The notes below the pieces were generated by a model that saw only the letters and a program-made list of their open reading frames with translations, had not been told where the DNA came from and did not search any database. A DNA stretch of 52,791 nt from a virus. Lineage: Duplodnaviria > Caudoviricetes. Shown here in pieces: positions 45,939-52,791 of this stretch. The stretch is from positions 1 through 52,791 of the IMG/VR virus record IMGVR_UViG_3300043499_000086; one strand, written 5' to 3'. Made by a program: the position numbers and the translations under genes. Numbering within the stretch: the stretch's first letter is position 1; each line of letters starts with the position of its first letter.

Positions 45939-48502
45939 CAGACAACTTCCTTCCGTAGCCGGGCCATCCGGGTCTTCGGGTCGAGCCCGGCCTCTGCACG
46001 CAATGCCATCATCCTGCGTCGCGCGTTCCGCGTCTCGATCTCGTCCACCGCAGCCATGACCGCTGCGCTGATGTCGAGGCCGGAGACGACGTGCGGAGCC
46101 CGGTCCACGATGCCTGCCGCGACCAGGCTGATCTGCTCGCCACCGGAAGCGGCCAGTTGGGTGCGCGGGACCAGGAAGCCGGGGACGTTGACGCAGAGGG
46201 CGGCGACCATCTCCAGCCCTCCGGCAACCTCGCGCCAGTCACCGGAGAGCGGGGCTGCGGCAAGGGCATGACGGTCCTCATCCGAGAGGTGATCCCGTAC
46301 ACGACCGCTGATCCAGATGCCATGCGCGTCCTCACCCGCGACGACATCAGCAGCGACCGTCGCGGTGTTGTCGTAGTGCGCCGCCGTCGCGGCAGCCGAC
46401 AAGCGTGGACCGGCATGTCCTGTGCCGAGGGTGACGTGGCCTACCGCGATGTCTCCCTCGTCTGTGTGGTCCGCTCCGGTACGGTAGTGGGCGTAGTTGC
46501 TCCCGCTGAACGGTGGGGTGACGCAGGTGCCCTTGATGCCGATGTGGCAGGTGCCCCACGCGGCCAGGTGCCCGAAGATGCGGTCGTCCTCGGTGATGGT
46601 CACCGGAGTCGGCTCGGTCAGGTGGGGGTTGTCGAAGTAGCGAGCCGAGATGGTCGGGCGGGCGGAGGCGACGAGGGTGACCGCTGGGCTGAGGTCCACA
46701 GTCGCGCCGGAGTGGCGTCCCCGCCGCCCCCGGTTCCCGCTGCCGCCCTCGCTCGGCGCGCGGCCGGGCCAGTACCCCGTCGCGTCGTAGTGACGGTTGG
46801 CGCAGTAACCGTTGAGGTACTGGGCCTTGACGTACTTCGCCAGTTGGCTGCGGCACCGGTTGAAGTCGCCCGGCGTTCCCCAGCGAATCTTCGCCGCGCC
46901 CTTGCCACGGGTCCAGTAACGCCGCAGGCGCTCGGTGTCCACCGGGTGGGTCAACCAGCCCGGTCCGTCCTCGGTCTTGACCGCGAACTCGTCCATGTCG
47001 TCGTTGGTCGCCGCGATGTTCTCGGGCGGGTCCTCACCGAGTTCGTCGTAGGCCCCGCGCAGCGCCGCCTTGGCCTGGCTGATCTTCTCCGGGGGAGCGT
47101 CGGTACTGCCGAGCCGTCCGGCTGCGGCGTGCACACCGGCCCGGCTCAACTTCCCGTCCGGGGTGAGGATCGGCAACTTGTTGTTGGACTTCTTCAACTT
47201 GTCCGGGCCGTCGTCCACCAGATGCACGATGGTCGCCTTGAAATACTGCTCGTCGGTGTAGTTGCTGGCCGACCCGTCCCAGGTGCCCTCGTCTATCGCC
47301 ATCTCACAGTTGCACGAGGCGGTCAGGGACTTGTCCTCCTCGCCCTCGGCGGGCCACTCGCCCAGGCCGACGAACGCCTCAGCGAACGCAGGGATCGCGC
47401 ACAGGGTCGCGCCGCAGACCCGGCCGTCCGGGAACACGGTGACCGCGTCCTGCGGGTCGTCGCCCTCGCTCCAGTCCCCGCCCGAGCGGTTCTGGAGTTC
47501 CATGCTCGCGTCGTCCACGTCCACGCTGACGCCACGGATGCCGCCGTCCGCGATGAGGCCGATGGCTTCGTCCGCCTCGTCCTGGCCGGGGAAGAAGACG
47601 CCCGACGCCTTGATGAGGTTGCCGTCACGCCAGACCTCGTCAATGCGGCCGACGACCACCCCGCCGTCGTGGCCGGGCGCGGTCACCTTCTGCCAGGACA
47701 GGGGCAGCGGCAGGTCCCGCCAGCGGAGCGCGTCCTTGCCGAACTTCCGGCCGTCGCCGCTCATCACGTCCTCAGGGGCGAGGACGCCGTGCCAGGGAAT
47801 GGCGGCGTCCTCGTCGGTGACAAGGTTGTCACCCTCGTCCGACAGGTCCTCGTCCGGCAGGACCTCGGGCTCGGTCGCAGTCGCGGTCATGGTGACTCCT
47901 TCATTCGCAGACGCAGCCAGGGTCGCAGCCGAGATGGCGATGACACAACGGCAGTTGATGATCTGTGCGGGCGGTGCGCTCGGGTCGCCGGGCAGTTCCA
48001 TCCGGTACCCGTCAACGACGAACTTGTCCTGGATGGGCACGGTGATCCCGTCCACCTCACGGTGCGAGGTGCGGACCCGGTCGTCGTGCATGGTGATCCA
48101 GGTCTTCTGCATCGACGGCTTCGTCGGGTCGCGGTGCGTCTCCAGGCCCGCCGCCTCGGCCCCGGCGTTGATCGCCGCGTTGGACAGCCAGCGGGCGATC
48201 ATCTCGACGCGGGACTCGAAGTTCTCGTCGGTCAGGCCACTGGTCTTCTCCAGGGCGTCACGAGCCTTGGTGCGGAACTTCTGCACGTCGTCACGGAAGT
48301 CGTTGCTGGTCATCTTCCCGGACTCGCGCCGGTAGACACGGCGCATCAGGCGCTCGGCCGCATTGACCAGGGTGCCCGCCCACGCCGTCACGTTCCGGCG
48401 CTTGCGGTGCAGCGCCCACCGGACCGAACCCTCCAGCGCGTTGGCCCCACGGTCCTGGACCGGGCGACGCGCAGCAGCGAACGCGGCCAGGTCGATGGTC
48501 AT
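45938..48502 (-). CDS. MuF-like minor capsid domain fused to a capsid maturation protease
   Basis: K.W....DDRVR.SH..DG...F......PGDP......INCRC (MuF); SGDGR.F...PLPL...GH....VG.I...GVSVD.D (protease). Confidence 0.85.
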   Translation of the reverse strand: MTIDLAAFAAARRPVQDRGANALEGSVRWALHRKRRNVTAWAGTLVNAAERLMRRVYRRESGKMTSNDFRDDVQKFRTKARDALEKTSGLTDENFESRVEMIARWLSNAAINAGAEAAGLETHRDPTKPSMQKTWITMHDDRVRTSHREVDGITVPIQDKFVVDGYRMELPGDPSAPPAQIINCRCVIAISAATLAASANEGVTMTATATEPEVLPDEDLSDEGDNLVTDEDAAIPWHGVLAPEDVMSGDGRKFGKDALRWRDLPLPLSWQKVTAPGHDGGVVVGRIDEVWRDGNLIKASGVFFPGQDEADEAIGLIADGGIRGVSVDVDDASMELQNRSGGDWSEGDDPQDAVTVFPDGRVCGATLCAIPAFAEAFVGLGEWPAEGEEDKSLTASCNCEMAIDEGTWDGSASNYTDEQYFKATIVHLVDDGPDKLKKSNNKLPILTPDGKLSRAGVHAAAGRLGSTDAPPEKISQAKAALRGAYDELGEDPPENIAATNDDMDEFAVKTEDGPGWLTHPVDTERLRRYWTRGKGAAKIRWGTPGDFNRCRSQLAKYVKAQYLNGYCANRHYDATGYWPGRAPSEGGSGNRGRRGRHSGATVDLSPAVTLVASARPTISARYFDNPHLTEPTPVTITEDDRIFGHLAAWGTCHIGIKGTCVTPPFSGSNYAHYRTGADHTDEGDIAVGHVTLGTGHAGPRLSAAATAAHYDNTATVAADVVAGEDAHGIWISGRVRDHLSDEDRHALAAAPLSGDWREVAGGLEMVAALCVNVPGFLVPRTQLAASGGEQISLVAAGIVDRAPHVVSGLDISAAVMAAVDEIETRNARRRMMALRAEAGLDPKTRMARLRKEVV

Positions 48503-50262
48503 GACGCCGCGGCGAGGAAGGTCCGCATCTTCTCGTAGTCGTGCTCGCCCTGGGTCACCAGCAGGCTGCGGGTGTACGAGTCGAGCGCGTTCTTGACCCG
48601 CTCCTGGTCGCAGGTGAACCGGTGCATTGCCTGAGGCAGACAACTCCAGGCGTCCTCCATGAAGCGGTCGATGTCGCCGTTGCGCACCGGGATGTACCGG
48701 TACACGTCGGCGGCGGTGACGCCGGGTGGGCGGACCCCGTAGACGGAGCGCATCTTGTTGCCCGCGCGTTCAAGCGCACGGAAGACGAGGACCTCCGACG
48801 CCGCCGCCAGGTCTGGGGCTACGTCCCGGCCGGTCTCGGACTCCTCCGGGTTGGGCATGTCGCGGGCCGGGTGCTCGTCCAGCGAGCGGTCCGGCCGGGC
48901 CTCGCGGGACACCTCGCCGGTCACGCCGAGGTCCACGCCCAGCAGGCGCAGCGCAGCGCCGACCTGCTCCGGGGTGGCCGAGCCTCCGGCCACCTTGCGC
49001 ACCAGCCAGGTCTTGTACTCCTCGGTGGTCGGGGCGTCGTCCTCGTCAAAGCCGGTCTCCCGGCGCAGCGCCTCACCGTCCAACTCGCCCCGGTCGTACA
49101 ACTCCAGGGCCTCCTTGCTGCGGTCCGGCCGCAACCGCATCTGGGCGGTGTTGGCGACGATGCGCCACATGTCCGAGTCGGTCGCGTTGCGGATGTACTT
49201 GACCGTGATCGCGTTGGTGACGATGCCCAGCAGCGGCTCGATGTGCGCCTTGATCGCGCTCTCATCAATCAGCCAGCCCGACCAGTGGTTCACGTCGCCC
49301 TGGCCGAGCATGATCTCTGGCGGTATCTCCATGCCGAGGGCCAGTCGGCGGATCGCCTCGGTGCGCAGTTCGACGGCGTGCTCGTCCAGTGGCGACCAGA
49401 AGGTCGTGTGGTTCATCTTCCCGATCAACTCGTCGGGCGATGTCACGACGATGGGGACGATGGAGGCGGGCGAGGACGGGTCCTTGATCGGGCGGATCAT
49501 CGCGTCCCCGAGCATCTGCATGAACTGGTCGGCGGTGGCGAGCCCTTCCGTTCCGGGGACCACCGGGAACGTCATGCCCTGCGCCAGTTCGAGGATGCCT
49601 GCACCCGCGAGGCGGGACTGCACCTGGGCGAAGATGTGCCGGGTCAGGTACTCGATCTCGCTCAGGATCGGCAGGACTGAGCGGACCGGTGAGTCGGCCA
49701 GCAGGTGGTTGCGCGGGTGTGGTCGCCAGACCCGGATGACGACGGCGTCGTCCAACTCCCGCCGCTGCCCGTTCTCCTCTTTGAGCGACCACTTCACGTT
49801 CTCGCCGCTGCCGGTGTGGTCAACCTCGGTGACCCCGTAGACGCCCCACTCGTCGCCCGTGGACTCCTCCAGGCCGATGAGGTAACACTCCCCGGCGATG
49901 GTCAGGTGGATGCCGAACGCCTTGAGGATCGCCTCCTCCGAGGAGTCCTGGGCGGTGAGTAGACCGAGCGCATCAACGGCCGGACCGATGGTGACGACCT
50001 TCGGGCCGTTCGGTAGCAGCGTGCCGTTCGGCCCCTGTACCTGCTCCACCTCGAAGCGGGCTCGGGACAGGATGTTGCCGACGTAGTTGGCGATGTACCG
50101 CAGTTCTCCGATGATGTCGTAGAAGCGCCACGCCTCAGCCTGCCAACCGCTCGATCCGGCATTGACCGGAAGGCGTTGCGCCTGATCGGGATAGCGCGCG
50201 GCGGACGCGGTGACGACAGTGGGAGCGGCTTGGACTACGGCCCGACCAGACATGCGCGGCAT
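48499..50262 (-). CDS. portal protein
   Basis: WQ.EAW..YD..GEL...R.WRPHP...ADSP...NHW..W; synteny. Confidence 0.88.
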   Translation of the reverse strand: MPRMSGRAVVQAAPTVVTASAARYPDQAQRLPVNAGSSGWQAEAWRFYDIIGELRYIANYVGNILSRARFEVEQVQGPNGTLLPNGPKVVTIGPAVDALGLLTAQDSSEEAILKAFGIHLTIAGECYLIGLEESTGDEWGVYGVTEVDHTGSGENVKWSLKEENGQRRELDDAVVIRVWRPHPRNHLLADSPVRSVLPILSEIEYLTRHIFAQVQSRLAGAGILELAQGMTFPVVPGTEGLATADQFMQMLGDAMIRPIKDPSSPASIVPIVVTSPDELIGKMNHTTFWSPLDEHAVELRTEAIRRLALGMEIPPEIMLGQGDVNHWSGWLIDESAIKAHIEPLLGIVTNAITVKYIRNATDSDMWRIVANTAQMRLRPDRSKEALELYDRGELDGEALRRETGFDEDDAPTTEEYKTWLVRKVAGGSATPEQVGAALRLLGVDLGVTGEVSREARPDRSLDEHPARDMPNPEESETGRDVAPDLAAASEVLVFRALERAGNKMRSVYGVRPPGVTAADVYRYIPVRNGDIDRFMEDAWSCLPQAMHRFTCDQERVKNALDSYTRSLLVTQGEHDYEKMRTFLAAAS

Positions 50263-50310
50263 CGAACGGCACTCCTCTTGACCGGTGGCTGCTCGTCAGT
50301 GTGACAGCCA

Positions 50311-50658
50311 CTACTCCTCAGGGCCACCGTCCTCGTCATGGAACACGACCCACGATGTCGCGTAGGACAGCGCCATCCAGCCGTTGAAGGCCCACCAGGT
50401 CCAGTGCAGGTTGGACAGTACCGCCCAGACCATCAGGACCAGGGTGATCCACGGACCGAAGCACCACGGACAGTGGGCCAACTTGCTCCACGGCCCGTCG
50501 TGGGTCACCTTGTCCCACCACATCCGCAGCCGGATCGAGGGCGGGTAGTCCTCCGCGACGACGACGCGGGTGAGGCGTCCGGCCGAGAGGACGAGGGTGA
50601 TCGCGGCCAGGGTCAGGTAGAAGTAGGTGTTCAGGTCGGGCGGGGCCAGGAGGGTCAC
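50311..50658 (-). CDS. DUF1360-like membrane protein
   Basis: RLTR.V..D......R...L..CPWC...W; GTGA coupling to the terminase stop. Confidence 0.75.
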   Translation of the reverse strand: MTLLAPPDLNTYFYLTLAAITLVLSAGRLTRVVVAEDYPPSIRLRMWWDKVTHDGPWSKLAHCPWCFGPWITLVLMVWAVLSNLHWTWWAFNGWMALSYATSWVVFHDEDGGPEE

Positions 50659-52010
50659 AGCCGCCAGCCCAGGCTGTCCGGAGTGGCTATCTCGGACGGT
50701 CCATGTGCGCCGGACAGGTGGGTCAGCGCGTGCACCAGCGCATCGACGCGGTCCGGGGATGAGTCGCCTACGACCCACGTCGTCATCTGGTCCTCCAACT
50801 CGTTGAGCACTCCGACGTGATGCACCCTGCCCTGCTCATAGAGGGCCACGATGGGGTCTGCGCGCAGCGCCTTCCCGCGCCGAGAGGTGACCTCGGTGAT
50901 CGGCAGGAACGGGCGCACGGACTCCAGGGTCGTGCGCACCATGTCGCCACCGTAGTTCTTCTCGATGACTACCTTGTCGGCCTCGTACACGTCGAACGCG
51001 CCGACCGTCCGGGTCGCCCAGCCCTGCGGGGTGTAACGGCCGGACCGGTCCTCCATGACGTAGTAGTCGCCGTCCTCGCCCTTGCCCGCGACGATGATGC
51101 CGGTCTCGTCGGAGCGCCGGGTGGCGGTACCTGCGGGGTCAACGGCGACGACGACCCGAGCCAGGGGTGACAAGTCTGTCACCCGGTTCAGGTCGATCAT
51201 CTCGGCGCTCCACATCGCGCCCTCGACATCTTCGAGGAGTTCGCCCAGCAACTCCTGGCGTCCCTTGCGAGTCCCCTCGTACCGGGCCAGGACGGTGCGC
51301 CGCCAGGACGGGGCCAGGTTCTCCAGGTTGGCGTAGGTGGTGGTGACGACGCTGACGGTGGTCGGGTCGCGGACCAGGTCGCGCATCCACTTGCTCGGCT
51401 TCGGCGTGGTGGTGGCACAGATGCGCGGGTGTTGACCGAGCCGCAGTCCGAGGACCAGGTTGTCCCACACTGGCTCGATGAGGTCGGTGTGAGCGGGCTC
51501 ATCGACCCAGGCGTCGTAGTGCTCGGGGCCTCGGAGGCGGTCCGGCTCCTCGCCGGAGTACACGGAACCTATGCAGCCGTTGGGCCAGGTGACCTTACGC
51601 TTGGAGGGCTCCCATTGGGGCAGACCTCCGGGCGGGGCGGTCGCCAGCAGGCCGGACTCGCCTTCGAGCATGATGTCGCGGGCGTCCGGTCCGGTGGGAG
51701 CGACCAGGGCTATCCGTGGGCTGACCTTGGTGCGGCGGTGGGTCCACTCGCTGCCGGTCCGCGTCTTGCCGGACCCTCGGCCGCCGCGCAGCAGCCAGGT
51801 GAGCCAGTCACCGAGCGGCGGGTGCTGGTCGTCGCGGGCGTGCGGCCAGGCCCACTGGTCGTGGGGCCGACCGTCGCAGCCGTGCCGGGTGCAGAAGAAG
51901 GGCCGCCAGGCACCCTCCTGCACCTTGCGCAGCGCCTCAGCCGCCTTCTCCTGGGCGTTCGGGTTCCACCGTTTGTAGGCGTCCGGGTCGAACGCCTCGG
52001 CCGCGCTCAT
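50655..52010 (-). CDS. terminase large subunit
   Basis: Walker A GGRGSGKT, LRGP, WVDE, TTTP, VAVDPA, SPDRVDA. Confidence 0.95.
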   Translation of the reverse strand: MSAAEAFDPDAYKRWNPNAQEKAAEALRKVQEGAWRPFFCTRHGCDGRPHDQWAWPHARDDQHPPLGDWLTWLLRGGRGSGKTRTGSEWTHRRTKVSPRIALVAPTGPDARDIMLEGESGLLATAPPGGLPQWEPSKRKVTWPNGCIGSVYSGEEPDRLRGPEHYDAWVDEPAHTDLIEPVWDNLVLGLRLGQHPRICATTTPKPSKWMRDLVRDPTTVSVVTTTYANLENLAPSWRRTVLARYEGTRKGRQELLGELLEDVEGAMWSAEMIDLNRVTDLSPLARVVVAVDPAGTATRRSDETGIIVAGKGEDGDYYVMEDRSGRYTPQGWATRTVGAFDVYEADKVVIEKNYGGDMVRTTLESVRPFLPITEVTSRRGKALRADPIVALYEQGRVHHVGVLNELEDQMTTWVVGDSSPDRVDALVHALTHLSGAHGPSEIATPDSLGWRL

Positions 52011-52014
52011 CGGT

Positions 52015-52158
52015 TCACGCAGCGGTGGTCTCGTACCGGTGCTTCCAGGCTTCCGCGCAGGCGAGGTGCCAGATGCGCCCGTACAGACGAACGCCCTGCG
52101 TGCCGACAGGCACGGGGGCCTTGCACTTCTCGCAGGGGACGGTGTACCGGACCTTCAT
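52015..52158 (-). CDS. small CxxC...HxxC zinc-finger protein (47 aa), possibly leaderless
   Basis: Translated by hand (MKVRYTVPCEKCK...WHLACAE...); fills the intergenic gap. Confidence 0.55.
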   Translation of the reverse strand: MKVRYTVPCEKCKAPVPVGTQGVRLYGRIWHLACAEAWKHRYETTAA

Positions 52159-52199
52159 AACTCAAGTGTGCACCCGGTGTGCCCAAGTCAAACATTGAG

Positions 52200-52724
52200 T
52201 TATACCTCCGTGTCCTGGGTGCAGGGACCGAACCACTCGTGCTGGCACTCGGGGCAGCGGTGCGGCATCGGGTCCGGCTCGATCTCGGGCAGATGGAACC
52301 CGCCCCGGTCCAGGGCCAGGAGACGCAACTCGTCGTGCCGGTCAGCCGTGAACCCCGTTCCGGCCAGGCCCTTCTCGGTCTCGGCCAGGTTGTCCAGCAG
52401 TTCAACCAGCAGCCCGTAGTCCATCTTCGCCAGTCGGGCAATCTCGTTGTCCGCCAACAGGATTCGAGTGGCCTGTTCGCGGTCCCCGTCGATCCACTGG
52501 ACCGGGATGACCCCTGCGCCCATCTCCAGCAGCGCGGCATAGAGGTGATGCCCGGCGACGATCTCTCGGGTCAGCGACGAGGCGTAGATGGGCCGGTAGC
52601 AGCCGTTGACGATGATGCTGGCGATGATCGCGTCCACGTCGCCGTTGTTGGCGTTGCGCGGGTCCGGGGTGACCGTGTCCACCGGGGTCAGCAGCGGCTC
52701 AATGGCCGTGTGGTAGCGGATCAC
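52200..52724 (-). CDS. ParB-N-like (ParB/Srx) domain protein
   Basis: P.PRNAN..DV.AI..SI...G...PI...IVAGH....A...LADN...W/D; C-terminal CPEC; GTG with AGGGAG RBS. Confidence 0.8.
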   Translation of the reverse strand: MIRYHTAIEPLLTPVDTVTPDPRNANNGDVDAIIASIIVNGCYRPIYASSLTREIVAGHHLYAALLEMGAGVIPVQWIDGDREQATRILLADNEIARLAKMDYGLLVELLDNLAETEKGLAGTGFTADRHDELRLLALDRGGFHLPEIEPDPMPHRCPECQHEWFGPCTQDTEV

Positions 52725-52791
52725 AGGTGGTCTCCCTGACAGCCGGGGTGCGGGCACCACTGTTGGATGCCGGTGCCGTCGTCGCGCCGGG

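Larger units (their letters stand above)
326..51184. repeat. Dispersed 20-bp palindrome (G)GGTGACA-N4-TGTCACC(C), 40 copies counted by eye
   Basis: Starts at 326, 614, 915, 1253 (1 mismatch), 1506, 1791, 2315, 2920, 3120, 3896, 4391, 5026, 5514, 6273, 8124, 8241, 8937, 10070, 10880, 12267, 14300, 14693, 16870, 18034, 19917, 20653, 22223, 23596, 24956, 26866, 28608, 31552, 35170, 37850, 38969, 42472, 43717, 45756, 47815, 51165. It appears in the ORF track as recurring GDKxVT / VTxLSP peptides. Confidence 0.97.

Noticed and set aside
29871-48538. Long + strand ORFs over the structural genes (e.g. 31530-33086, 43325-45532, 46091-48538)
   Set aside because: These are antisense shadows of high-GC genes, with Arg/Gly-rich composition and no motifs.
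326-51184. Palindromes as IS/MITE ends or REP elements
   Set aside because: No transposase, no target-site duplications and no shared sequence between pairs; many copies sit in frame in essential genes.
52200-52724. ParB-like protein as binder of the palindrome (parS/ParB system)
   Set aside because: Only the ParB-N domain is evident, with no HTH and no ParA in the window. The motif does not resemble canonical parS (GTTTCACGTGAAAC). Not excluded, but unsupported.

Overview
This is most of a high-GC, tailed actinobacteriophage genome (siphovirus-type; host not determinable from sequence). The left arm (1-24.0 kb, mostly + strand) holds ~55 small early/middle genes, including SSB, a Rad52-like annealase, a Cas4/RecB-like exonuclease, an HNH nuclease, a SLOG protein and an HTH protein. 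The right arm (24.0-52.8 kb, - strand) is the virion and lysis operon: ParB-like gene, terminase, portal, MuF/protease fusion, major capsid, major tail, adaptor, chaperones, tape measure, minor tail proteins and an M23 endolysin. Its gene order and motifs resemble Rosebush/cluster-B-like phages. I saw no integrase, DNA polymerase, primase, helicase, tRNA or CRISPR array. The main unexplained signal is a 20-bp palindrome, GGGTGACA-N4-TGTCACCC, of which I counted 40 copies by eye. They lie both in and between genes, are about 300 bp apart at the left end and thin out rightwards, and their spacer polarity flips at about 13 kb. Additional layers are a second 3-copy palindrome (one copy directly after the HTH-coding segment of the HTH gene), a conserved early promoter with its own palindrome, a start-associated motif, two structural fusions with internal ribosome-binding sites, and apparent restriction-site avoidance. 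All product calls come from motif recognition and synteny, not database searches.
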